This document shows positions 15,001 through 27,781 of a stretch of 64,000 nt of DNA, in pieces. A program made the translations under genes and the position numbers. The notes below the pieces were generated by a model. The model did no database searches. It was not told the origin of the DNA and was given only the letters and a program-made list of their open reading frames with translations. Positions within the stretch are counted from its first letter, which is position 1, and each line of letters starts with the position of its first letter. The DNA comes from Eledone cirrhosa (taxonomy: Eukaryota), in the NCBI GenBank assembly GCA_964016885.1, contig OZ024742.1, positions 373,550,001 to 373,614,000 of the forward strand. The letters are read 5' to 3'.

Positions 15001-18000
15001 CACATACCTCTGATAGTCCCACAAGCTACATATTAGTCTGATAGTCCCACAAGTCACATACCTCTGATAGTCCCACAAGCCACATAACTCTGATAGTCCA
15101 TCAAGCCACATACCTCTGATAGTCCCACAAGCCACATACCTCTGATAGTCCCACAAGCCACATACCTCTGATAGTTCCACAAGCCACATATTAGTCTGAT
15201 AGTCCCACAAGCCACATACCTCTGATAGTCCCACAAGCCACATACCTCTGATAGTTCCACAAGCCACATATTAGTCTGATAGTCCCACAAGTCACATACC
15301 TCTGATAGTCCCACAGGCCACATATTAGTCTGATAGTCCCACAAGCCACATACCTCTGATAGTCCCACAAGTCACATGCCTCTAATAGTCCCACAAGTCA
15401 CATACCTCTGATAGTCCCACAGGCCACATATTAGTCTGATAGTCCCACAAGCCACATACCTCTGATAGTCCCACAAGCCACATACCTCTGATAGTCCCCA
15501 AACCACATACCTCTGATAGTCCCACAAGCCACATACCTCTGATAGTCCCACAAGCCACATACCTCTGATAGTCCCACAAGCCACATACCTCTGATAGTCC
15601 CACAAGTCACATACCTCCGATAGTCCCACAAGCCACATATTAGTCTGATAGTCTTACAAGCCACATACCTCTGATAGTCCCACAAGCCACATACCTCTAA
15701 TAGTCCCACAAGTCACATACCTCTGATAGTCCCACAAGCCACATATTAGTCTGATAGTCCCACCAGCCACATATTAGTCTAATAGTCCCACAAACCACAT
15801 AGTTCTGATAGTCCCACAAGCCACATACTTCTGATAGTCCCACAAGCCACATACTGCTGATAGTCCCACAAGCCACATATTGGTTTGATAGTCCCACAAG
15901 TCACATACCTCTGATAGTCCCATAAGCCACATATTAGTCTGATAGTCCCACAAGCCACATACATCTGATAGTCCCACAAGCCACATACCTCTGATAGTCC
16001 CACAAGCCACATACCTCTGATAGTCCCACAAGCCACATACCTCTGATAGTCCCACAAGCCACATATTAGTTTGATAGTCCCACAAGCCACATACCTCTGA
16101 TAGTCCCAAAAGCCACATATTAGTGTGATAGTCCCACAAGCCACATACCTCTGATAGTCCCACAAGCCACATACCTCTGATAGTCCCACAAGCCACATAT
16201 TCGTCTGATAGTCCCACAAGCCACATACCTCTGATAGTCCCACAAGCCAAATACCTCTGATAGTCCCACAAGTCACATACCTCCGATAGTCCCACAAGCC
16301 ACATATTAGTCTGATAGTCTTACAAGCCACATACCTCTGATAGTCCCACAAGCCACATACCTCTAATAGTCCCACAAGTCACATACCTCTGATAGTCCCA
16401 CAAGTCACATACCTCTGATAGTCCCACAAGCCACATATTAGTCTGATAGTCCCACAAGCCACATATTAGTCTAATAGTCCCACAAACCACATAATGCGGA
16501 TAGTCCCACAAGCCACTTATTGGTATGATAGTCCCACAAGCCACATACTTCTGATAGTCCCACAAGCCACATACTGCGGATAGTCCCACAAGCCACTTAT
16601 TGGTCTGATAGTCCCATAAGTCACATACCTCTGATAGTCCCATAAGCCACATATTAGTCTGATAGTCCCACAAGCCACATACATCTGATAGTCCCACAAG
16701 CCACATTCCTCTGATAGTCCCACAAGCCACATACCTCTGATAGTCCCACAAGCCACATACCTCTGATAGTCCCACAAGCCACATATTAGTCTGATAGTCC
16801 CACAGGTCACATACATCTGATAGTCCCACAAGCCACATACCTCTGATAGTCCCACAAGCCACATATTAGTGTGATAGTCCCACAAGCCACATACCTCTGA
16901 TAGTCCCACAGGCCACATACTGCTGATAGTCCCACAAGACACATATTAGTCTGATAGTCCCGCAAGTCACATACCTCTGATAGTCCCACAACCCACATAC
17001 CTCTGATAGTCCCACAAGCCACATATTAGTCTGATAGTCCCACAGGTCACATACCTCTGATAGTCCCACAAGCCACATACCTCTGATAGTCCCACAAGCC
17101 ACATACCTCTGATAGTCCCACAAGTCACATACCTCTGATAGTCCCACAAGCCACATACCTCTGATAGTCCCACAAGCCACATACCTCTGATAGTTCCACA
17201 AGCCACATACCTCTGATAGTCTCACAAGCCACATTCCTCTGATAGTCCCACAAGCCACATACCTCTGATAGTCTCACAAGCCACATATTAGTCTGATAGT
17301 CCCACAGGTCACATACCTCTGATAGTCCCACAAGCCACATACCTCTGATAGTCCCACAAGCCACATATTAGTCTGATAGTCCCACAAGTCACATACCTCT
17401 GATAGTCCCACAAGCTACATATTAGTCTGATAGTCCCACAGGTCACATACCTCTGATAGTCCCACAAGCCACATAACTCTGATAGTCCATCAAGCCACAT
17501 ACCTCTGATAGTCCCACAAGCCACATACCTCTGATAGTCCCACAAGCCACATACCTCTGATAGTCCCACAAGCCACATATTAGTCTGATAGTCCCACAAG
17601 CCACATACCTCTGATAGTCCCACAAGCCACATACCTCTGATAGTTCCACAAGCCACATATTAGTCTGATAGTCCCACAAGTCACATACCTCTGATAGTCC
17701 CACAGGCCACATATTAGTCTGATAGTCCCACAAGCCACATACCTCTGATAGTCCCACAAGTCACATGCCTCTAATAGTCCCACAAGTCACATACCTCTGA
17801 TAGTCCCACAGGCCACATATTAGTCTGATAGTCCCACAAGCCACATACCTCTGATAGTCCCACAAGCCACATACCTCTGATAGTCCCACAAACCACATAC
17901 CTCTGATAGTCCCACAAGCCACATACCTCTGATAGTCCCACAAGCCACATACCTCTGATAGTCCCACAAGCCACATACCTCTGATAGTCCCACAAGTCAC

Positions 18001-20042
18001 ATACCTCCGATAGTCCCACAAGCCACATATTAGTCTGATAGTCTTACAATCCACATACCTCTGATAGTCCCACAAGCCACATACCTCTAATAGTCCCACA
18101 AGTCACATACCTCTGATAGTCCCACAAGTCACATACCTCTGATAGTCCCACAAGCCACATATTAGTCTGATAGTCCCACCAGCCACATATTAGTCTAATA
18201 GTCCCACAAACCACATAGTTCTGATAGTCCCACAAGCCACATACTTCTGATAGTCCCACAAGCCACATACTGCTGATAGTCCCACAAGCCACATATTGGT
18301 TTGATAGTCCCACAAGTCACATACCTCTGATAGTCCCATAAGCCACATATTAGTCTGATAATCCCACAAGCCACATACATCTGATAGTCCCACAAGCCAC
18401 ATACCTCTGATAGTCCCACAAGCCACATACCTCTGATAGTCCCACAAGCCACATACCTCTGATAGTCCCACAAGCCACATATTAGTCTGATAGTCCCACA
18501 GGTCACATACCTCTGATAGTCCCACAAGCCACATACCTCTGATAGTCCCACAAGCCACATATTAGTGTGATAGTCCCACAAGCCACATACCTCTGATAGT
18601 CCCACAAGCCACATACCTCTGATAGTCCCACAAGCCACATATTCGTCTGATAGTCCCACAAGCCACATACCTCTGATAGTCCCACAAGCCAAATACCTCT
18701 GATAGTCCCACAAGTCACATACCTCCGATAGTCCCACAAGCCACATATTAGTCTGATAGTCTTACAAGCCACATACCTCTGATAGTCCCACAAGCCACAT
18801 ACCTCTAATAGTCCCACAAGTCACATACCTCTGATAGTCCCACAAGTCACATACCTCTGATAGTCCCACAAGCCACATATTAGTCTGATAGTCCCACAAG
18901 CCACATATTAGTCTAATAGTCCCACAAACCACATACTGCGGATAGTCCCACAAGCCACTTATTGGTCTGATAGTCCCACAAGCCACATACTTCTGATAGT
19001 CCCACAAGCCACATACTGCGGATAGTCCCACAAGCCACTTATTGGTCTGATAGTCCCACAAGTCACATACCTCTGATAGTCCCATAAGCCACATATTAGT
19101 CTGATAGTCCCACAAGCCACATACATCTGATAGTCCCACAAGCCACATACCTCTGATAGTCCCACAAGCCACATACCTCTGATAGTCCCACAAGCCACAT
19201 ACCTCTGATAGTCCCACAAGCCACATATTAGTCTGATAGTCTCACAGGTCACATACATCTGATAGTCCCACAAGCCACATACCTCTGATAGTCCCACAAG
19301 CCACATATTAGTGTGATAGTCCCACAAGCCACATACCTCTGATAGTCCCACAGGCCACATACTGCTGATAGTCCCACAAGACACATATTAGTCTGATAGT
19401 CCCACAAGTCACATACCTCTGATAGTCCCACAACCCACATACCTCTGATAGTCCCACAAGCCACATATTAGTCTGATAGTCCCACAGGTCACATACCTCT
19501 GATAGTCCCACAAGCCACATACCTCTGATAGTCCCACAAGCCACATACCTCTGATAGTCCCACAAGTCACATACCTCTGATAGTCCCACAAGCCACATAC
19601 CTCTGATAGTTCCACAAGCCACATACCTCTGATAGTCCCACAAGCCACATATTAGTCTGATAGTCCCACAAGTCACATACCTCTGATAGTCCCACAAGCT
19701 ACATATTAGTCTGATAGTCCCACAAGTCACATACCTCTGATAGTCCCACAAGCCACATAACTCTGATAGTCCATCAAGCCACATACCTCTGATAGTCCCA
19801 CAAGTCACATATCTCTGATAGTCCCACAAGCCACATATTAGTATGATTGTCCCACAAGCCACATGCCTCTGATAGTCCCACAAGCCACATATTAGTCTGA
19901 TAGTCCCACAACTCACATACCTCTGATAGTCCCACAAGCCACATATTAATCTGATAGTCTCACAAGCCACATACCTCTGATAGTCCCACAAGCCACATAT
20001 TAGTCTGATGGTCCCACAAGCCACATACCTCTGATAGTCCCA
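1..20042. repeat. Minisatellite/satellite array of interleaved 26-bp and 28-bp units (~750 units; continues off the left edge)
   Basis: Units GATAGTCCCACAAGCCACATACCTCT (26) and GATAGTCCCACAAGCCACATATTAGTCT (28) with recurrent point variants and no unique spacers. Confidence 0.98.
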
Positions 20043-23000
20043 GTTCACCCTGTAATCTGGTACTGTTGGAGTCATGATAAAATACACCCAGTTCACCCTG
20101 TAATGTGCTACTGTTGGAGTCATGATAAATTACACCCAGTTCACCCTGTAATGTGCTCCTGTTGAAGTCATGATAAAATACACCCAGTTCACCCTGTAAT
20201 GTGCTAGTGCTTGAGTCATGATAAAACGCACCCAGTTCACCCTGTAATGTGCTACTGTTGGAGTCATGATAAAATACACCCAGTTCACCCTGTAATGCGT
20301 TACTGTTGGAGTCATGATAAAATACACCCAGTTCACCCTGTAATGTGCTATTGTTGGATTCATGATAAAATACACCCAGTTCACCCAGTAATGTGCTAGT
20401 GGTGGAGTTCACCTTGTAATGTGCTAGTGGTGGAGTCATGATAAAATAGACCCAGCTCACCCTGTAATGTGCTACTGTTGGAGTCATGATAAAATACACC
20501 CAGTTCACCCTGTAATGTGCTACTGTTGGAGTCATCATAAAATACACCCAGTTCACCCTGTAACGTGCTAGTGCTGGAGTCATAATAAAATACAACCAGT
20601 TCAACCTGTAATGTGCTAGTGCTGGAGTCATGATAAAATACACCCAATTCACCCTGTAATGTGCTACTGTTGGAGTCGTGATAAAATACACCCAGTTCAC
20701 CCTGTAATGTGCTACTGTTGGAGTCATGATAAAACACACCTAGTTCACCCTGTAATGTGCTACTGTTGGAGTCATGATAAAACACACCTAGTTCACCCTG
20801 TAATGTGCTAGTGCTGGAGTCATGATAAAACACACCCAGCTCACCCTGTAATGTGCTAGTGGTGTAGTCATGATAAAATACACCCAGTTCACCCTGTAAT
20901 GTGCTACTGTTGGAGTCATGATAAAATACACCCAGTTCACCCTGTAATGTGCTAGTGCTGGAGTCATGATAAAACACACCCAGTTCACCCTGTAATGTGC
21001 TACTGTTGGAGTCATGATAAAATACACCCAGTTCACCCTGTAATGTGCTACTGTTGGAGTCATGATAAAATACACCCAGTTCACCCTGTAATGTGCTACT
21101 TTTGGAGTCAAGATAAAATACACCCAGTTCACCCTGTAATTTGCTCCTGTTGGAGACATGATAAAATACACCCAGTTCACCCTGTAATGTGCTACTATTG
21201 GAGTCATGATAAAATACACCCAGTTCACCCTGTAATGTGCTACTGTTGGAGTCATGATAAAATACACCCAGTTCACCCTGTAATGTGCTACTGTTGGAGT
21301 CATGATAAAATACACCCAGTTCACCCTGTAATGTGCTAGTGCTGGAGTCATGATAAAATACACCCAGTTCACCCTGTAATGTGCTCCTGTTGGAGTCATG
21401 ATAAAATACACCCAGTTCACCCTGTAATGCGTTACTGTTGGAGTCATGATAAAATTAACCCAATTCACCCTGTAATGTGCTACTGTTGGAGTCATGTTAA
21501 AACACACCCAGCTCACCCTGTAATGTGCTAGTGGTGTAGTCATGATAAAATACACCCAGTTCACCCTGTAATCTGCTACTGTTGGAGTCATGATAAAATA
21601 CACCCAGTTCACCCTGTAATGTGCTAGTGCTGGAGTAATGATAAAACACACCCAGTTCACCCTGTAATGTGCTAGTGCTGGAGTCATGATAAAATACACC
21701 CAGTTCACCCTGTAATGTGCTAGTGCTGGAGTAATGATAAAACACACCCAGTTCACCCTGTAATGTGCTACTGTTGGAGTCATGATAAAATACACCCAGT
21801 TCACCCTGTAATGCGTTACTGTTGGAGTCATGATAAAATACACCCAGTTCACTCTGTAATGTGCTAGTGCTGGAGTCATGATAAAATACACCCAGTTAAC
21901 CCTGTAATGTGCTAGTGCTGGAGTCATGATAAAATACACCCAGTTCACCCTGTAATCTGCTAGTGCTGGAGTCATGATAAAATACACTCAGTTCACCCTG
22001 TAATGTGCTAGTGCTGGAGTCATGATAAAATACACTCAGTTCACCCTGTAATGTGCTAGTGCTGGAGTCATGATAAAATACACCCAGTTCACCCTGTAAT
22101 GTGCTAGTGCTGGAGTCATGATAAAATACACCCAGTTCACCCTGTAATGTGCTACTGTTGGAGTCATGATAAAATACACCCAGTTAACCCTGTAATGTGC
22201 TAGTACTCAAGTCATGATAAAATAGACCCAGTTCACCCTGTAATCTGCTACTGTTGGAGTCATGATAAAATACACCCAGTTCACCCTGTAATGTGCTACT
22301 TTTGGAGGCATGATAAAATACACCCAGTTAACCCTGTAATGTGCTAGTACTCAAGTCATGATAAAATAGACCCTGTTCACCCTATAATGTGCTACTGTTG
22401 GAGTCATGATAAAATACACCCAGTTAACCCTGTAATGTGCTAGTACTCAAGTCATGATAAAATAGACCCAGTTCACCCTGTAATCTGTTACTGTTGGAGT
22501 CATGATAAAATACACCCAGTTCACCCTGTAATGTGCTACTGTTGGAGTCATGATAAAATACACCCAGTTCACCCTGTAATGTGCTACTGTTGGAGTCATG
22601 ATAAAATACACCCAGTTCACCCTGTAATGTGCTAGTGCTGGAGTCATGATAAAACACTCCCACTTCACCCTGTAATGTGCTACTGTTGGAGTCATGATAA
22701 AATACACCCAGTTCACCCTGTAATGTGCTACTGTTGGAGTCATGATATAATACACCCAGTTCACCGTGTAATGTGCTACTGTTGGAGTCATGATAAAATA
22801 CACCCAGTTCACCCTGTAATGTGCTAGTGCTGGAGTAATGATAAAACACCCAGTTCACCCTTTAATGTGCTACTGTTGGAGTCATGATAAAATACACCCA
22901 GTTCACCCTGTAATGTGCTCCTGTTGGGGTCATGATAAAATACACCCAGTTCACCCTGTAATGCGTTACTGTTGGAGTCATGATAAAATACACCCAATTC

Positions 23001-25937
23001 ACCCTGTAATGTGATAGTGCTGGAGTCATGATAAAATACACCCAGTTCACCCTGTAATGTGCTCCTGTTGGAGTCATGATAAAATACACCCAGTTCACCC
23101 TGTAATGTGCTACTGTTGGAGTCATGATAAAATACACCGAGTTCACCCTGTAATGTGCTACTTTTGGAGTCATGATAAAATACACCCAGTTCACCCTGTA
23201 ATGCGTTACTGTTGGAGTCATGATAAAATACACCCAGTTCACCCTGTAATGTGCTAGTGCTGGAGTCATGATAAAATACACCCAGTTCACCCTGTAATGT
23301 GCTAGTGCTGGAGTCATGATATAATACACCCAGTTCACCCTATAATGTGCTACTGTTGGAGTCATGATAAAATACACCCAGTTCACCCTGTAATGTGCTA
23401 CTTTTGGAGTCATGATAAAATACACCCAGTTCACCCTGTAACGTGCTAGTGCTGGAGTCATGATAAAACACACCCAGTTCACCCTGTAATGTGCTAGTGG
23501 TGGAGTCATGATAAAATACACCCAGTTCACCCTGTAATGTGCTAGTGCTGGAGTCATGATATAATACACCCAGTTCACCCTGTAATGTGCTACTGTTGGA
23601 GTCATGATAAAATACACCCAGTTCACCCTGTAATCTGCTACCGTTGAAGTCATGATATAATACACCCAGTTCACCCTGTAATGTGCTAGTGCTGGAGACA
23701 TGATAAAATACAACCAGTTCACCCTGTAAAGTGCTACTGTTGGAGTCATGATAAAATACACCCAGTTCACCCTGTAATCTGCTACTGTTGAAGTCATGAT
23801 ATAATACACCCAGTTCACCCTGTAATGTGCTAGTGCTGGAGTCATGATAAAATACAACCAGTTCACCCTGTAATGTGCTACTGTTGGAGTCATGATAAAA
23901 TACACCCAGTTCACCCTGTAATGTGCTAGTGGTGGAGTCATGATAAAATACACCCAGTTCACCCTGTAATGTGCTAGTGCTGGAGTAATGATAAAACACA
24001 CCCAGTTCACCCTGTAATGTGCTAGTGCTGGAGTCATGATATAATACACCCAGTTCACCCTGTAATGTGCTACTGCTGGAGTCAATATAAAATACACCCA
24101 CTTCACCCTGTAATGTGCTACTGTTGGAGTCATGATATAATACACCCAGTTCACCCTGTAATGTGCTACTGTTGGAGTCATGATAAAATACACCCAGTTC
24201 ACCCTGTAATGTGCTACTGTTGGAGTCATGATAAAATACACCCAGTTCACCCTGTAATGTGCTACTGTTGGAGTCATGATATAATACACCCAGTTCACCC
24301 TGTAATGTGCTAGTGCTGGAGTCAATATAAAATACACCCACTTCACCCTGTAATGTGCTAGTACTGGAGTCATGATAAAATACACCGAGTTCACCCTGTA
24401 ATGTGCTACTTTTGGAGTCATGATAAAATACACCCAGTTCACCCTGTAATGCGTTACTGTTGGAGTCATGATAAAATACACCCAGTTCACCCTGTAATGT
24501 GCTAGTGCTGGAGTCATGATAAAATACACCCAGTTCACCCTGTAACGTGCTAGTGCTGGAGTCATGATATAATACACCCAGTTCACCCTATAATGTGCTA
24601 CTGTTGGAGTCATGATAAAATACACCCAGTTCACCCTGTAATGTGCTACTTTTGGAGTCATGATAAAATACACCCAGTTCACCCTGTAACGTGCTAGTGC
24701 TGGAGTCATGATAAAACACACCCAGTTCACCCTGTAATGTGCTAGTGGTGGAGTCATGATAAAATACACCCAGTTCACCCTGTAATGTGCTAGTGCTGGA
24801 GTCATGATATAATACACCCAGTTCACCCTGTAATGTGCTACTGTTGGAGTCATGATAAAATACACCCAGTTCACCCTGTAATCTGCTACTGTTGAAGTCA
24901 TGATATAATACACCCAGTTCACCCTGTAATGTGCTAGTGCTGGAGACATGATAAAATACAACCAGTTCACCCTGTAAAGTGCTACTGTTGGAGTCATGAT
25001 AAAATACACCCAGTTCACCCTGTAATCTGCCACTGTTGAAGTCATGATATAATACACCCAGTTCACCCTGTAATGTGCTAGTGCTGGAGTCATGATAAAA
25101 TACAACCAGTTCACCCTGTAATGTGCTACTGTTGGAGTCATGATAAAATACACCCAGTTCACCCTGTAATGTGCTAGTGCTGGAGTAATGATAAAACACA
25201 CCCAGTTCACCCTGTAATGTGCTAGTGCTGGAGTCATGATATAATACACCCAGTTCACCCTGTAATGTGCTACTGCTGGAGTCAATATAAAATACACCCA
25301 CTTCACCCTGTAATGTGCTACTGTTGGAGTCATGATATAATACACCCAGTTCACCCTGTAATGTGCTACTGTTGGAGTCATGATAAAATACACCCAGTTC
25401 ACCCTGTAATGTGCTACTGTTGGAGTCATGATAAAATACACCCAGTTCACCCTGTAATGTGCTACTGTTGGAGTCATGATATAATACACCCAGTTCACCC
25501 TGTAATGTGCTAGTGCTGGAGTCAATATAAAATACACCCACTTCACCCTGTAATGTGCTAGTACTGGAGTCACGATAAAATACACCCAGTTCACCCTGTA
25601 ATGTGCTACTGTTGGAGTCATGATAAAATACACCCACTTCACCCTGTAATGTGCTACTTTTGGAGTCATGATAAAACACACCCAGTTCACCCTGCAATGT
25701 GCTAGTGCTGGAGTCATTATAAAATACACCCTGTTCACCCTGTAATCTGCTACTGTTGGAGTCATGATAAAATACACCCAGTTCACCCTGTAATGTGCTA
25801 CTGTTGGAGTCATGATAAAATACACCCAGTTCACCCTGTAATGTGCTAGTGCTGGAGTCATGATAAAATACACCCAGATCACCCTGTAATGTGATAGTGC
25901 CAATGTTCTCATACAACACACCCAGTTCACTCTGTAA
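20039..25937 (+). repeat. 48-bp tandem array (~120 units) homologous to the RTE 3'UTR internal repeat
   Basis: Unit CACCCAGTTCACCCTGTAATGTGCTACTGTTGGAGTCATGATAAAATA, with a TAGTGCTGG variant. A 1200-bp (25-unit) higher-order duplication is shown by identical ORFs at 24065 and 25265. Confidence 0.97.
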
Positions 25938-25942
25938 GGCAA

Positions 25943-25958
25943 TGGTGGTGGTGGTGGT
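25943..25958. repeat. Short (GGT)n microsatellite at the end of the 48-bp array
   Basis: TGGTGGTGGTGGTGGT directly visible. Confidence 0.8.
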
Positions 25959-26071
25959 AGTTTTTTGTCCTATTATTATTAAATTCCTTTTACCATTTTC
26001 ACAAAAGCTATTTTTTTATCAGTTATTAACTGCAAATATATTCATATAATTAATTTTTGGCCAACTTTTAC

Positions 26072-26651
26072 TTAATCCCCTTCATACCAACCCTCCAAAA
26101 CTGCCCCTGTTTATGAAACACGACCTCCCATTTTATATTTTAAAGTGTTCCTATTTAAATTTAAATATTTTTAGCATAATTTGATATTTTGTAAAGTTAT
26201 TTATGAATACCAACTTAATAAGTTCCATACATGGCTAATGTCTACCAAATATAAACAACATCTTTGACTACATGGAAGCTAGGAAAATATTGAACAACGG
26301 AAACTCCTCCTCCTCCTCCTTCTTCTTCACCCACTTATGCCGGAGAGGGTCGTGGGGGCAGAGTCCTCAAACACTCCTTCCAGTGGGTCCTGTCAGAAGC
26401 AACCATCTCCAACTGATCTGGCTGGATTTCCAATCGAGACTGGCCAAGCTCGTCGATGTTATCCAGCCAGCTGTAAGGAGTACTTCATACTTCTCCTACT
26501 CTGTCACGGCTTACTAGCTCTATACAGACGTTTAGATTGATTAAATAAATAAATAATGAAATAAATAATAATCTTAATAAATCCTTCCGATATTTTCATT
26601 AATTGATTGAAATAGAGTGTATTTCATTAGAAAGATGGCCGAAAGAGTTAA
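26072..26651. mobile_element. Possible degenerate piggyBac-like MITE (TTAA ends)
   Basis: Left end TTAATCCCCTTCATACCA and right end GATGGCCGAAAGAGTTAA form a decayed TTAA-CCC...GGG-TTAA type inverted pair around an AT-rich interior. The match is poor. Confidence 0.35.
26304..26487 (-). mobile_element. 3' fragment of an Expander/Rex3-like RTE-clade LINE
   Basis: The minus strand translates TPYSWLDNIDELGQSRLEIQPDQLEMVASDRTHWKECLRTLPPRPSPA*, resembling the RTE C-terminus (W..I...RL.I....LE.VA.DR..W...L..LPPRP). A very short UTR and a (GAA)n(GGA)n tail follow. Confidence 0.75.
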
Positions 26652-26825
26652 ATAGATGCAAGCTCATGTTTACTAAGATAAATTCTATTAACTCAAATGT
26701 TTTACTGATATTCATTTTAATAAATTCCAACAAAGCCAAAGCCACAATTTTAATTTAAAAAATATAGCACTGAACTAAATACTGCTTAGTAGTCCCCATG
26801 TCTAACATTACTCCAGACTAGTTCA

Positions 26826-26934
26826 ATTGAAAAGAGGTAGTCACAGTTCTAGGACAGCATTCTTCACTCTATGAGATGACATCTGGTGTACCACAGTGTT
26901 CTGTTCTTGGTCCCCTTTTGTTTGTTGCATATAT
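26826..26934 (+). pseudogene. Internal reverse-transcriptase fragment of a CR1/L2-type LINE
   Basis: Translates KEVVTVLGQHSSLYEMTSGVPQCSVLGPLLFVAYI, matching the RT motif SGVPQGSVLGPLLF. Flanked by a direct repeat containing CCCATGTCTAACATTAC at 26795 and 26940. Confidence 0.8.
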
Positions 26935-27314
26935 AGTTTCCCATGTCTAACATTACCCCAACCTCCCTCTAACTTTATAAGGGCTGAAACACTCACTTGA
27001 GTAGGGTTTCTTCTCTGAAGACCTTCTGCTGTCCAGCTCTCCTGAGAGTTTCTTACCTCTTTTTATTGACCAAATACACTGATATATTTATATAGAAAAC
27101 AGTTATATCAAATTAAGCTCAACCCTTTAGCATTTACATTACTCTATATATACTATTGTATTTTCATGGTAAACACTTTATCTCACATAATTATTTCATA
27201 TAATATCTCACATAATGTTGAATCTGACATTTTGATATTATTTATTTTGAGAACAATACTTTAACATAAGTATGAGCAGCTGGTTTGAACAGAAAGAGGT
27301 GAGAGAATTAGGCT

Positions 27315-27591
27315 TCATCATCATCATTATCATCATTATCATCATCAACATCATCATCACATCATCACCGCTGCTGCCACCATCACCACCATCATCATCA
27401 TCACTATCATCATCATCACCACCATCATCATCATTACCACCATCATCATCACCACCACCACCATCATCCTCATCATCATTATCATCATCACCACCACCAT
27501 CATCATCAGCACCACCATCATCACCTCCAACATCATCATCACCACCACCACCATCATCGTCACCATCATCACCATCATCCTCATCATCATC
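27315..27591. repeat. Compound (CAT)n/(CAC)n microsatellite, the expanded (GAT)n tail of a minus-strand retroposon
   Basis: Directly visible. It abuts a minus-strand copy of the RTE-type 3'UTR, whose other copies also end in (GAT)n. Confidence 0.92.
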
Positions 27592-27781
27592 TTTACCATT
27601 TAATATTCATTTTTCCATGCTAACATGGGTTAGACAAATTGTTCCATTGTGAAATAAGCTAGGTTAGATGATCATGTCTTGCTCACACAGAACTGGTTTT
27701 GGCTAGGTTTCTACAGGTGGATGCCCTTCCTAACACTGACCACATTTATAGTGTGTACTGGGTGCTTTTTGTTGTGACACC
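27592..27781 (-). mobile_element. Older RTE-type 3' tail (LINE or SINE), interrupted at 27781 by the RTE insertion and continuing as the 49-bp array
   Basis: The reverse complement contains GTGTTAGGAAGGGCATCCACCTGTAGAAA...GAGCAAGACA...CCCATGTTAGCATGGAAA, homologous to 30190-30330 and 58600-58727. Confidence 0.88.

Noticed and set aside
1-20042. CRISPR-like appearance (constant core with short variable parts)
   Set aside because: The variable parts are only two 5-7 bp alternatives. There are no unique spacers, leader or cas genes, and the context is eukaryotic.
80-20123. More than 100 minus-strand ORFs (WDYQRYVACGTIRGM...)
   Set aside because: They are translations of a stop-poor 26/28-bp repeat that cycle through all three frames.
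22862-25942. 1026-aa ORF and overlapping 333/443-aa ORFs
   Set aside because: The 48-bp unit is 16 codons and lacks stops in two minus frames by chance. Both frames are open, and the unit derives from a non-coding UTR.
26990-27060. Possible minus-strand mini-exon ending in AA|GTGAGT
   Set aside because: Weak acceptor with no polypyrimidine tract, no recognisable peptide, and opposite strand to the better exon candidate.
27118-27312. Possible second TTAA-type MITE starting AACCCTTTAGCATT, and a SINE-head-like scrap near 60385-60420
   Set aside because: No convincing matching terminus or promoter boxes; too decayed to call.
27272-27652. Ser/Pro-rich and Met/Val-rich ORFs
   Set aside because: Translations of the (CAT/CAC)n microsatellite.
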